Assembly (NCBI GenBank): GCA_965649205.1
Contig: CBFGJV010000005.1
Location: forward strand, 1 to 64,000
Source of the DNA: a candidate division WOR-3 bacterium
Lineage (GTDB): Bacteria; Hydrothermota; Tepidihabitantia; Tepidihabitantales; Tepidihabitantaceae
Reading direction: 5' to 3'
Length of the DNA stretch: 64,000 bases
Each line of letters begins with the position of its first letter. Positions within the stretch are counted from its first letter, which is position 1. Made by a program: the position numbers and the translations under genes. The notes beneath the pieces were generated by a model, which saw only the letters and a list, made by a program, of their open reading frames with translations, made no database searches and had not been told where the DNA came from. Shown piece after piece: positions 27,294 through 37,059 of this stretch.

Positions 27294-28298
27294 TCAATCC
27301 AGCGGCAATCTGGCCTTGGCTGGAAGATGCAGGGGAGAAGGTCCGAAACGTTCCAGACGTTCCACCGCTGCGGCGGCAATCATGGCCGCATTGTCGGTGC
27401 AGTAGGCCAGGCGGGGAAAGAATACTGCAAAGCCGGACTGTTCGCTGGTTTCCAGTAATCGCGTCCGCAAAAGTGAGTTGGCGGCCACTCCACCAGAGAC
27501 TCCTACCAGCTTCAGACCGGTCTTTTCTACTGCTTGCACGATGCGTTTGACCACCGATTTTACGGCCGTTTCCTGAAAGGAGGCGGCTACGTCTGCTTTA
27601 TCTGCGTCTGGATGTTCACGAAGGTAGTACAGGACAGCCGTCTTCAAACCGGAAAAGCTGAAGTCCAGTGAATCAAGGTGCGCGGGAGAACTTGCCAGTG
27701 GTATCGGAAACCTGATGTTCGCCCGGCCATTGCGGGCCAGCTGTTCGAGAGCCGCACCACCCGGATAGGGCAGACCCAGAAGTTTGGCCACCTTGTCGAA
27801 TGCTTCGCCGCAGGCATCGTCTATGGTGGAGCCAAGCACTTCGTAAGAACACCAGTCCTTTACCCTGATCAGTTCTGAGTGTCCGCCGGAGAGCACGGCC
27901 GCCAGAAACGGAGGCTGGAGCAGAGGACGTTCCAGTCTTAGAGCGAAAATGTGCCCTTCTATGTGATTCACGCCTACGAACGGAATGCGGAGGGAATGGC
28001 TGAGGGCTTTGGCAAAGGGCAGGCCGACCAAAAGAGCGCCCAGCAGTCCGGGGGCATGGGTGGCGGCTACACTGGTCAGCTGGGGCCAGGAAACTCCGGC
28101 CTGCTCCAGGGCGGCCAGAGTTACAAGCACCAGCAGTTCGGCATGGGCGCGGGCAGCCAGTTCCGGCACCACTCCACCGTATTTTGAGTGTATATACTGG
28201 GAGGATACGACATTGGACAGTACCGAGGTCTTACCTGCCAGAACACACGCGGCGGTTTCGTCGCAGGAAGTTTCAATGGCCAGGCAAAAGGTATTCAT
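27294..28298 (-). CDS. tsaD: tRNA t6A37 threonylcarbamoyltransferase TsaD
   Basis: IETSCDET, GGVVPELA, HIEGH, SGGH, GEAFDK, FSFSGLKT, CTDNAAMI. Confidence 0.98.
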   Translation of the reverse strand: MNTFCLAIETSCDETAACVLAGKTSVLSNVVSSQYIHSKYGGVVPELAARAHAELLVLVTLAALEQAGVSWPQLTSVAATHAPGLLGALLVGLPFAKALSHSLRIPFVGVNHIEGHIFALRLERPLLQPPFLAAVLSGGHSELIRVKDWCSYEVLGSTIDDACGEAFDKVAKLLGLPYPGGAALEQLARNGRANIRFPIPLASSPAHLDSLDFSFSGLKTAVLYYLREHPDADKADVAASFQETAVKSVVKRIVQAVEKTGLKLVGVSGGVAANSLLRTRLLETSEQSGFAVFFPRLAYCTDNAAMIAAAAVERLERFGPSPLHLPAKARLPLD

Positions 28299-28343
28299 AG
28301 CCTGGATTTCATCAATTGGGAAATGCCGCGCATAGCGGGGCGA

Positions 28344-29252
28344 TTAGCGGACGGTAGCATCAAAAAACTCGGGTACGCAGCGGATAAGCTGCAGACCCGG
28401 AGGCAGGATTATTTCCGCGGCCAGACGATATTTTCCCGGTTCCTGATCTTTTATTCTTACCCGTACCACTATATCTTCCGGTTGCAGGTCCTGGAGCAGA
28501 CGTTCCGGCCCGGAGACGGCTATCTGCGCTTCTTTTGGTTCTACCGTCACTTTGCGTGTGGGAGGGGCAAGAGCGAGCACAGGTATGGCCAGAAATATCC
28601 GCGCCACTTCCTTGTCTAAGTCCACCAATACCGGGATTGTTTCCGGGGTAACCGTAAAGCCTTCGGCAGAAGGAGGAAGAACTCGCAGGAAAAGAGTTTC
28701 GCTTTCCTTGAAGCGGGCCAGGTCTAAGGACTCGGTAACGACAACAGGATAGAGGGATATGTCGTCCCGGGGACCGGTCAGAGTTACTTGGTCTGCAAGC
28801 GGGAAGAAAGTGGCGGTAAATCCTTTGGGAGGTTTGCTTTTGACAGGAATCTGGATGGTGACAGAACGGCTTTCTGGCTCGCTCAGTCTTAGTTCAACCG
28901 ATTCTGGCACAATAGAGTGGAGTTTCAGCGTCTTGGGGAGGTTGAGGCCGGCCGGGTCAAGGGCAAACTTGTGAAATCCGGCTCTGAGTTCAGGCACGTT
29001 TATGCGGAACAGGGGATTGCGCATGCGGATGCCGACCAGGTCTTTGCCTTTTCCTTCTACGGTGACGGTGGCGTATCTGGTTTCCAGGTCGGTGATGATT
29101 TTGGAAGTAGTTACTTCGCCCAGTTCAATCGGGACAGAGATGCTGGTGACATAATTCCTGTCCAAGGCGGCCATAAACCAGAGAAACACAGCGACAAGCA
29201 GAGCTATGATTTTCTGGGGAATGTCGGCAAACAGAAAGCGGAGAAATGTCAC
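28344..29252 (-). CDS. YbbR/CdaR-like repeat membrane protein
   Basis: KIIALLVAVFLWF anchor followed by three V.V.G...PESV-type YbbR repeats. Confidence 0.8.
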   Translation of the reverse strand: MTFLRFLFADIPQKIIALLVAVFLWFMAALDRNYVTSISVPIELGEVTTSKIITDLETRYATVTVEGKGKDLVGIRMRNPLFRINVPELRAGFHKFALDPAGLNLPKTLKLHSIVPESVELRLSEPESRSVTIQIPVKSKPPKGFTATFFPLADQVTLTGPRDDISLYPVVVTESLDLARFKESETLFLRVLPPSAEGFTVTPETIPVLVDLDKEVARIFLAIPVLALAPPTRKVTVEPKEAQIAVSGPERLLQDLQPEDIVVRVRIKDQEPGKYRLAAEIILPPGLQLIRCVPEFFDATVR

Positions 29253-29357
29253 CAGACCATCTTAGATTTCACGCGGCAGATGTCAACCAGCATGATTTGA
29301 CAACCTAAAACATAATTTTAAGATTTGCGCCTGGCGCTAACCAACAAAAGGAGCAAA

Positions 29358-29927
29358 GTGACGAAACTGATCGTGAAGGTGTGTGCGGTATCGCTGCTGG
29401 TGGCGGCGATTGCGGGTTGCGGGTCGCAGCAGCCGGCAGCAGAAAAGAAAGAGCAGCAATTCTCTGCGGAAATCGGACATCTGGATTCCATGCTGGTGGC
29501 TTCGCTGGCCCGGACCGGACCTCATTCCGGACTGAACGCGGCCATGACAGAGTTGTTTGCCTGGCTGGAGAAAAAGCAGATTCAACCTACCGGGCAGCCG
29601 TGTGGTGTGTTCTATGGGGAACTGGAAGTACCCGCAGACAGCGCCGTGTGGGAAGTATGTGTTCCGGTTCCGGCTGGAACCAAGGGCGATGAGAAGGTTG
29701 AAGTGAGGATAATACCGGGGGCAGAAGTAGCCAAAGCGCTTCATGTGGGACCTCATGAGAAAATTTCTGCCACGTACGAGAAGCTGCGGAGGTGGATAGA
29801 CGATAACGGCTATATGATTGCCGGACCGGCGCTGGAGTTCTACCATACAAATCCGGCAGATACCCCGGCTGATTCCCTCAAGGTGGATGTGGCGTTTCCA
29901 GTTGTGGTCAGACAGGACGAAGAGTGA
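29358..29927 (+). CDS. GyrI-like small-molecule-binding domain lipoprotein
   Basis: AAGGAG SD before GTG 29358; lipobox IAGC; HVGPHE....YEKL..WI..NGY...GP..EFY. Confidence 0.85.
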   Translation: MTKLIVKVCAVSLLVAAIAGCGSQQPAAEKKEQQFSAEIGHLDSMLVASLARTGPHSGLNAAMTELFAWLEKKQIQPTGQPCGVFYGELEVPADSAVWEVCVPVPAGTKGDEKVEVRIIPGAEVAKALHVGPHEKISATYEKLRRWIDDNGYMIAGPALEFYHTNPADTPADSLKVDVAFPVVVRQDEE

Positions 29928-30047
29928 GGAAAACAAGGTTTGGAGCTGGGGCAGAGCCGCTCAGCCGGTGCTTGGGAGTAGACACATAACCAAGTGAAGT
30001 CGTTAGACCGGGTGTGCGGCAAGAATTTGCGGAATACTCATTTCTGC

Positions 30048-30163
30048 TTGACATAATGGGTTATTCCCCTAGATTAGGCTCAGCCATTGATCGTGGTGAA
30101 CTGCCTTTCTGACTGCAGAAAGATACCAAGACTGGTTGACATTTGCAGAGAAGGTCATACACT
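30048..30163 (+). promoter_or_regulatory. Two tandem sigma70-like promoters ahead of the TBDR operon
   Basis: TTGACA(30048)-16-TAGATT and TTGACA(30136)-16-TACACT. Confidence 0.6.
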
Positions 30164-30241
30164 TGTGACCGATGCGGAAGGGCGGGAAAACGAAGGTATA
30201 ACTGATGATACCGAGAGTCATAATAGCGAAATGGAGGTAAG

Positions 30242-31255
30242 ATGAGTCAAATGACTCCCGATACCCGGAAAGCGCTCTTTGTTTTGACGGCGGTATTGGG
30301 CTTAGGTCTGGCTGCTACTGTTCTGTTTGTCGGTTGCGGCCGTATGCCGGAAGAGCCTTTCTGGGAGCCGAACGCAGAGGATACAGCGGCGATAAAAGCT
30401 GTGATAGAGGCGAACAAGAGCTTGTTCCGGACCGCCTTTGCCGAGCCAGCTTTTTTCAGCATGGATACGGCGTTGTCGGACACCAACAAGAAGCGACTGC
30501 GCAGAGAGATAAAGGATAATCCCTACCGGCCTCGTTTCCGGGTTGATTCCCTGCAGCATATTTTCTTCACCGATTCTTATGACCTGAAGTATCGGTTCAT
30601 AGCCACCCTGGATACGGCCAAGGCCGAGACTACCTGCACGGTGTACTTTGCCGAAACGATTCCGGGAATTCTGAAACTGCACGCTTACGCCAGTACGAAG
30701 TTTCTCAGAGACACGGTAATCGGCGGGGATACGCTCAAGCTTTATGACACTCTGTTTACACCCGATTCGTGGATAATCCAAAAGCCTCTTTATGCCACGA
30801 CTACGGACGGATGTGTACTGAAGAAACAGAATGGTCAGTGGTTTTTCTGGAAGCGGGCAGGTGCTTCCCGCACCTATGGACCTTCGCCTGATGACGCCCC
30901 CTATCTGGACAGGATATTCCTGACGAACGGCAGAAAGGAAGATACCTTTGTGCTGCGGCCAGATACGCTGCATCGGGGAGTGCAGAGGTTCTACACCGAG
31001 GAAGAGCTTCCTACTTTCTCGGTAGGGGACAGCATTTATGTACGGAGTCTGTTGACCACGGTGGTGGATGCAAAGAACTTTCTCCATTTTGATGGCCGCA
31101 GGTACGAGTTCAAAGCGACGGATAAGATATATCTGAGTCGTCCGGGTGTTTTCCGGTTATATTTTGAGCAGATACCCATCAATGTGCTGTATGAGGACCC
31201 ACGAGGCCGGTACGTGGGCCTTGTATGGGGCGCGTGGATAAGGGTGGTAGAATAG
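30242..31255 (+). CDS. Hypothetical lipoprotein
   Basis: GGAGGT SD, lipobox FVGC; first gene of the operon. Confidence 0.8.
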   Translation: MSQMTPDTRKALFVLTAVLGLGLAATVLFVGCGRMPEEPFWEPNAEDTAAIKAVIEANKSLFRTAFAEPAFFSMDTALSDTNKKRLRREIKDNPYRPRFRVDSLQHIFFTDSYDLKYRFIATLDTAKAETTCTVYFAETIPGILKLHAYASTKFLRDTVIGGDTLKLYDTLFTPDSWIIQKPLYATTTDGCVLKKQNGQWFFWKRAGASRTYGPSPDDAPYLDRIFLTNGRKEDTFVLRPDTLHRGVQRFYTEEELPTFSVGDSIYVRSLLTTVVDAKNFLHFDGRRYEFKATDKIYLSRPGVFRLYFEQIPINVLYEDPRGRYVGLVWGAWIRVVE

Positions 31256-31264
31256 GAGGAGACC

Positions 31265-34162
31265 ATGAGAAACAGGATACATGCAACTGGTTGTGTACTC
31301 CTTCTGTTGCTGATTTGTGGGCTGGGCCTGGCCGGTAACACCGGCACCATTGTGGGCCGGGTGACGGACAAGAAAACAGGCGAACCGCTGGCTTTTGCCA
31401 ACGTAGTAGTCGAAGGTACCGAGCTGGGTGCGGCGACAGACGAAATGGGCCGATACCAGATAATCAACGTTCCGCCAGGCCGGTACAAGGTAACGGCTTC
31501 CTATATAAGATACAATCCCATGTCGGTGACCGACGTGCTGGTAGTTCAGGACCAGACTGTCACGGTTGATTTCAAATTGTCAGAGACGGTGGTGGAAATA
31601 GGGAAGGTAGTAGAGGTGACGGCGAAGAAGGTGGAATTGGTGAATCCCACCACCGTGTCAGTTGAGCGCATCGTCACAGATCAGGAGTTCAAACGTTTGC
31701 CTGTTACGCAGCTTTCCGAGCTGGTGGGTATGCAGGCAGGTGTGACACAGACTGCCGGCCGGGGATGGACGCACATCCGCGGAGGCCGGTTTGACGACGT
31801 GTCGTACCTTGTGGACGGCGTGGCGGCTCAGGACAAGGTGTACGGAACTCTGTGGTCCTCGCCCAAGCCGACTACGGACGCCATACAGTCAGTAGTGGTG
31901 ATAACGGGTGGCTTTGATGCTGAGTATGGCGAAGCTATGTCGGGCATCATAAAGGCGGTGACCAAAGAGGGCGGACAACGCGTTTCGGGCCGGGTAAACT
32001 ATCTTACAGATGACATTTTCCCCGGGAAGGACCTCAATTACGGTTACAACCGTCTGGCCGCTAGCATCGGTGGTCCCACACCGTTGTGGAACAGGTTGCG
32101 TTACTTTATTTCTACAGAGTATCTGAAGACTGACGATGACCGGGGTTGTCTCTATCGGGTTGACGCTCCGCGGGGAGAGTATGCAGCCGAGGGTAAACTG
32201 ACCCTGGCCATGCCCAAATCCTTCCCGCTGACGAAAGAAGGGCTGAAACTGACGCTGGACGGGTATCATTCCAACTACCAGTGGCGGACCTATTCGCATA
32301 CATACAAGTTCTGGCTCCGGGGTCTTTATGCCAACCGGGTAAGGTCCACCAAGAGCAATCTGACTTTGAACCATATGCTTTCGCCCACCACGGTGTACGA
32401 AGCCAAGGCCGGGTTGTTTATGACTTCGCTCATGCGTTCGGTGCGTAACTTCTATGCGGAAGAGGCTGATACCCTTGGCTTCTGGGGCACCATGCGCAAG
32501 TTGGGCATCTGGGACAGATATTTCTTCCGCGCCGAGGACTGGGTGTTCAACTGGAAGCGATACTATGACTATGAGATGGCTCATCCGGACAGGTTTGATA
32601 CCACCAAGACCCCTCGCAGTATTCAGGATGCGGTATTGAAGCTGTTCCGGTCCTACTGGCTGACGCCGGATTCAGTGATTGTGTACGCTCACCCTGGGGA
32701 ACGGAATTTCTTGCAGGGGTATGCGATGATTGACAATCCCTACGGAGTGGCGGGGTTATTCATCACGGAAGGCGACGACCGCTCCTGGCACTATCGGGCG
32801 ACGAATCAGTACTACGGGAAAATAGACCTGACCCGTACCATAAACAAGGTGCACGAAATAAAGACGGGCGTGCACATTACGCAGTATTCCATCTCGGTTT
32901 ATGAGAATTCTCTGCCTTGGGACCCGAATCCATTCTGGGACGCCTTCAATTACAAACCGCTGGTGGCCGCGGCTTATCTGCAGGACAAGGCTGACTTTGA
33001 AGACTTGGTAGTGCGGGCAGGTTTGAGATTCGACCTGCTTGATTCCAAAGCGAGGGTGAGGGCATTCCCAGAGAGTCTGGGCGCTCGGCCGGAGATTGCG
33101 GACAGCATGCTGCCGGTTCCGGCAAAGTATCGGCTGTCTCCCCGTCTGGGTCTGTCTTACCCCATTACGGAGAGAATCAAGTTCAGGTTTAGCTACGGTC
33201 ACTTCTTCAAGAATCCGACGTTCAGCAATCTCTATACTTATGCAGACAAGAGCGCGGCTGAGCTGCGGGGACGAGGAAACATTGTGGTTGGTAATGCGGA
33301 TATGAGCGCAGAGAAGACGGTGGCCTATGAAATGGGATTTGACGCCCAGCTGTCGGACATATTCCAGTTCGATGTGACTGCTTTCTACAAGGACGTATTT
33401 GACCTTTCGGGCATCAGAACAGTGCAGGCTTTGCCGCAGCCCTATTCTATGTTCTACAATGTGGAGTATGCCCGCATTCAGGGATTTGAGGCGACGATGG
33501 TCAAGGTGCTGTCCGATTACTGGTCGGCCCGCATAGGCTATACCTTCAGCATAGCCAAGGGCACCGCTTCGGACGCCTGGACTCAGTATGGACGCAGCAC
33601 TCCGTACAAGATAGACTACTACCTGGCGCAGGATAAGCGACATTCTTTGAACGGTGATTTGGGATTCTCCTTCCCCTCTGATTTCGCCTTCGTTCCGCTG
33701 CGAGATTTCAACATATCCGGCGTTGCCTCCTATGGCTCGGGCACACCCTACACTCCCACTGATATAAGAGGGCAGCCTACTGGTCCGGAAAATTCCGCCA
33801 GACTGCCGAGCACGTTCAACGTAGACGCCAGGATGTCAAAAGACCTGCGTCTGGGAGGAGTGGCGCTTACGCTTTCCTGCGACGTGACCAATGTGACCAA
33901 CGCTATTCAGATAGTCAATGTGCACTCTGCCACAGGTAAGCCGGATTTCACTGGCAGGATAATTACACCTGCGGAATTCGGCAGCGGCATAGCCTTTGGC
34001 GATTTCTACTACCATCCGGCGCGCGACTATAATCACGACGGATATCTTAGCCGGTTTGAGATGTATCACTCCTATGTGCGAGCCTACAATGACAGAAACA
34101 ATCCTCCGACTTTCTACGGTCCGCCGCGGAAAGTACGGATCGGCGTCAGTCTGTCGTTCTAA
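31265..34162 (+). CDS. TonB-dependent receptor with N-terminal carboxypeptidase-regulatory-like domain
   Basis: GTIVGRVTDKKTGEPL..ANV, TonB-box-like VVEVTA, plug HIRGGR...YLVDG...GGFDAEYG.AMSG, barrel SPRLGLSYPI, terminal Phe. Confidence 0.93.
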   Translation: MRNRIHATGCVLLLLLICGLGLAGNTGTIVGRVTDKKTGEPLAFANVVVEGTELGAATDEMGRYQIINVPPGRYKVTASYIRYNPMSVTDVLVVQDQTVTVDFKLSETVVEIGKVVEVTAKKVELVNPTTVSVERIVTDQEFKRLPVTQLSELVGMQAGVTQTAGRGWTHIRGGRFDDVSYLVDGVAAQDKVYGTLWSSPKPTTDAIQSVVVITGGFDAEYGEAMSGIIKAVTKEGGQRVSGRVNYLTDDIFPGKDLNYGYNRLAASIGGPTPLWNRLRYFISTEYLKTDDDRGCLYRVDAPRGEYAAEGKLTLAMPKSFPLTKEGLKLTLDGYHSNYQWRTYSHTYKFWLRGLYANRVRSTKSNLTLNHMLSPTTVYEAKAGLFMTSLMRSVRNFYAEEADTLGFWGTMRKLGIWDRYFFRAEDWVFNWKRYYDYEMAHPDRFDTTKTPRSIQDAVLKLFRSYWLTPDSVIVYAHPGERNFLQGYAMIDNPYGVAGLFITEGDDRSWHYRATNQYYGKIDLTRTINKVHEIKTGVHITQYSISVYENSLPWDPNPFWDAFNYKPLVAAAYLQDKADFEDLVVRAGLRFDLLDSKARVRAFPESLGARPEIADSMLPVPAKYRLSPRLGLSYPITERIKFRFSYGHFFKNPTFSNLYTYADKSAAELRGRGNIVVGNADMSAEKTVAYEMGFDAQLSDIFQFDVTAFYKDVFDLSGIRTVQALPQPYSMFYNVEYARIQGFEATMVKVLSDYWSARIGYTFSIAKGTASDAWTQYGRSTPYKIDYYLAQDKRHSLNGDLGFSFPSDFAFVPLRDFNISGVASYGSGTPYTPTDIRGQPTGPENSARLPSTFNVDARMSKDLRLGGVALTLSCDVTNVTNAIQIVNVHSATGKPDFTGRIITPAEFGSGIAFGDFYYHPARDYNHDGYLSRFEMYHSYVRAYNDRNNPPTFYGPPRKVRIGVSLSF

Positions 34163-34172
34163 GGAGGCATAA

Positions 34173-37043
34173 ATGAGAAATATGAACAACAAATACAGGG
34201 TCGGAATGAGTCTCTTGCTACTTCTGGTGTTTGCCGGCAGCGTGCTGGCTGCCACTGCCACACCACCGCCTCCGCCCAAGCGGGTGTACGATATGAAGTG
34301 GCTGAATATCAATAAGTGGAGGTGTCCGTTCTACAACGATGGCCGGTACGGAATTGACGTAACCCGCGGTTCCGGCGCGGCCGGAGGCTCCTGGCCTCAG
34401 CCCTTCAAGAATATGTACATATTCGGTGCGGGTATGTGGTTTGGCAGTTTGAAGCCGCGCGGGGAAAGGGTGGATACGCTGGTTACCTTTGGTTACAACC
34501 CGAACTCGGGTGGCACGGAGATGACTCCCACAGCTGCCGCCTACGCGGACGAGGGGGCGGGCAATCCTCTGGACCGGATTTACGTCTTCCCCAACGACTG
34601 GCCGCCACCGCAGAGCCGCTTCGGCACAGATACTTCCCTGGTGCCGCAGGAGAACTTCTCCTTGCAGGATATGTGGTGTGTTTACTGCGACCTGGGCAAG
34701 GAGAATCACATCGCTCCGGGCTATCCGCAGGGAGTAGAGTTCTATCAGACAATCTACGCTTGGAATTATCCGGCCAATCAGGACATATTCTTCATCGTGT
34801 ATAAGGTGCGCAATGTGAGTAACGACACGCTGAAGAATTGCTATATTGGCGCCCTGATGGACCCGGATATCGGTGACCATACGGATGATATGGTGGGTCT
34901 GCTGCTGAATGATTTGGTGCCAGGCGTACCTGATACCGTGAAAAATGTCGGTTACGTGGGCGACAACAACAATCAGGAAAACCCGGGCGAAACCTGGGAA
35001 CAGGGCACGCCGGGAGTGGTTGCCTACAAGTTTCTTGAGTCTCCGCGCGGACCGGACGGACGCCAGCTGGGTATGACCGCGTTCAAGAAGTTTACGATTG
35101 ACATTGACCCGGTTACAGACCCGGCCCAGTATCTGACTATGGCAGGTTACGACTATCGAACCGGCGTAAAGTCTCCTTATGACTCGGTTGATGGAGCTCC
35201 TGCAGACAAACGTTTTATTCAGTGTTCTGGGCCGTTCAATCTGGCCCCGGGGCAGGTGGAAGTTTTGATTGTAGCAACGATTGCCGCACCTTACGGCGGG
35301 CCTGGTCAGAGTTGGGAAGAGCGACGGGCTACTCCGGAATCCCTGGTACATCTGGCGAGAACGGCCAATAACGCGCAGTTTATCTATGACCAGGGCTGGT
35401 TGTTGCCCGGGCCGCCGGCTTCGCCCAATATCACCTTGATACCCGGAGACAACTCGGTGCGGATTGTCTGGGATAATCTGTCGGAAATAACCCCAGACCC
35501 GTACTACGAGAAGGTGGCTTCCAAACCGTGGCCCAGCCCGGGACACGACCCAATGTACAAGGCCTACGATTTTCAGGGTTACATCGTGTACAAGTCCCGG
35601 AACGGCTCGGACTGGAGCATTTTGGCGCAGTGCGACCGCATAGACTCAATCATGTTTAAGTATCCGCCAGCCGGAGACAGCGCGACTCCGGAGAGTCTGT
35701 GGATACAGGCGACGGATAAGGGAGTATTCTACTCAGTAGAGGATAAGAATGTCATAAATGGTTACACGTATTACTACTGCGTAACCGCATACGACTGGAA
35801 TTATGTAACAACGGACTGGGATACGACCCAGACTCCGCCCAGACCCAAGGCTTGGGATACTCTTATTTTGCGTTCGGGGATTGTGGCTAACTATTCCACT
35901 GTGCCGCGCTGGCACGCGGCGAACTACGAAAATCCTTTAACCAGAGTTGACATCCTGGCGGGAAATCCGGATACGTTGACGCAGGGGCTCAAACTTTCCA
36001 GTTCCGTAGTTATACCTTACAAGGTTACCGCAGACACCTACGAGATACGCTTCCTGGACCCGGTTTATATTACCGCGTCAAAGTACAGGTGCCGCTATGT
36101 GGTGACGAACATATCAAAAGACAGTGTAGTGCTGGATACTACCGGATTTGATTACACGGTAGGAACAACGGTGGCGTTTTCTCTGCCGGTGTATAACGGG
36201 CAGGAAACCAAGTTGAGATTGTCATATACTGCACCGACCCAACCGTTTGACGACGCTACAGTTGAAACTGGTACTTATCCCAAAGAGCGGGTTAGGCCGG
36301 TAAGGGTGAGCGCGGGCGAACAGAAGGCGTTGTGGTGTTTCACGGGCGCTGATTACCGGATAGAATGGATAACGCTCAGCACGGGTAAATTGAGTGCCAG
36401 AATAACAGATGTGCATACCGGGCGCGTGCTACCCTTCACCCGTTACGACACCAGACAGGCGGCGGACGCAAATGGCTGGTGTTTTGTGAACCGGGTAGCG
36501 CAGAGACCCAATGATACGTTGACGACCGGAGCGGCTCTCATCTATATCTGCGGCGGATATGTGGCGATGAACTACACCGGCACTGTCGGCGATTCCATCG
36601 GCGGGCTCATAAGCGAGATAAAGGACGGTGACGTGTGGATGGTTACCGGTCACAAGGCGCAGAAGACGGCCGGTCATTACAATGTGTTCCAGCTGATATC
36701 CAAGCCGGGTGGGGAAAAGACTACGCGAGTTGATTCTCTCAAGGTCAAAGTCGTGCCTAATCCCTACATCGTGTTCAACCAGTGGGAGAAGAGTTCTGAC
36801 GACCGTAAGATCAAGTTCACCCATCTGCCTATGACTTGCACGATTCGGATTTTCACCCTTTCCGGTGACTTGGTGAAGGTGATAGAGCACAAGGATGACC
36901 CGAATGCGCCTCTGGACCGGGGAGGAACCGCCAGCTGGGATCTGTTGAATGACAACTCACAGCTCATTGCCTCAGGCGTGTATGTGTACCACGTCACGTC
37001 TGATGTGGGCGATTACACCGGCAAGTTTGTGGTCATCCACTAG
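34173..37043 (+). CDS. Large secreted protein with an FnIII-like domain and T9SS-type CTD
   Basis: Signal peptide; PP.SP...GDNSV...WD...FQGY.VYKS...YYYCVTAYD; C-terminus VVPNPY...IRIFTLSGDLV...WDL....IASGVY.Y...KFVVIH. Confidence 0.85.
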   Translation: MRNMNNKYRVGMSLLLLLVFAGSVLAATATPPPPPKRVYDMKWLNINKWRCPFYNDGRYGIDVTRGSGAAGGSWPQPFKNMYIFGAGMWFGSLKPRGERVDTLVTFGYNPNSGGTEMTPTAAAYADEGAGNPLDRIYVFPNDWPPPQSRFGTDTSLVPQENFSLQDMWCVYCDLGKENHIAPGYPQGVEFYQTIYAWNYPANQDIFFIVYKVRNVSNDTLKNCYIGALMDPDIGDHTDDMVGLLLNDLVPGVPDTVKNVGYVGDNNNQENPGETWEQGTPGVVAYKFLESPRGPDGRQLGMTAFKKFTIDIDPVTDPAQYLTMAGYDYRTGVKSPYDSVDGAPADKRFIQCSGPFNLAPGQVEVLIVATIAAPYGGPGQSWEERRATPESLVHLARTANNAQFIYDQGWLLPGPPASPNITLIPGDNSVRIVWDNLSEITPDPYYEKVASKPWPSPGHDPMYKAYDFQGYIVYKSRNGSDWSILAQCDRIDSIMFKYPPAGDSATPESLWIQATDKGVFYSVEDKNVINGYTYYYCVTAYDWNYVTTDWDTTQTPPRPKAWDTLILRSGIVANYSTVPRWHAANYENPLTRVDILAGNPDTLTQGLKLSSSVVIPYKVTADTYEIRFLDPVYITASKYRCRYVVTNISKDSVVLDTTGFDYTVGTTVAFSLPVYNGQETKLRLSYTAPTQPFDDATVETGTYPKERVRPVRVSAGEQKALWCFTGADYRIEWITLSTGKLSARITDVHTGRVLPFTRYDTRQAADANGWCFVNRVAQRPNDTLTTGAALIYICGGYVAMNYTGTVGDSIGGLISEIKDGDVWMVTGHKAQKTAGHYNVFQLISKPGGEKTTRVDSLKVKVVPNPYIVFNQWEKSSDDRKIKFTHLPMTCTIRIFTLSGDLVKVIEHKDDPNAPLDRGGTASWDLLNDNSQLIASGVYVYHVTSDVGDYTGKFVVIH

Positions 37044-37059
37044 AGGAACGGAGGAAAAG

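Noticed and set aside
29999..30017. AGTCGTTAG(A/T)CCGG similarity with about 43856
   Set aside because: Too short, with only two instances; may be chance.
34218..35546. Long antisense ORFs (442 aa here; also 24099-25052, 41038-42204, 45721-46740)
   Set aside because: Antisense shadows of well-supported genes, with no recognisable motifs.
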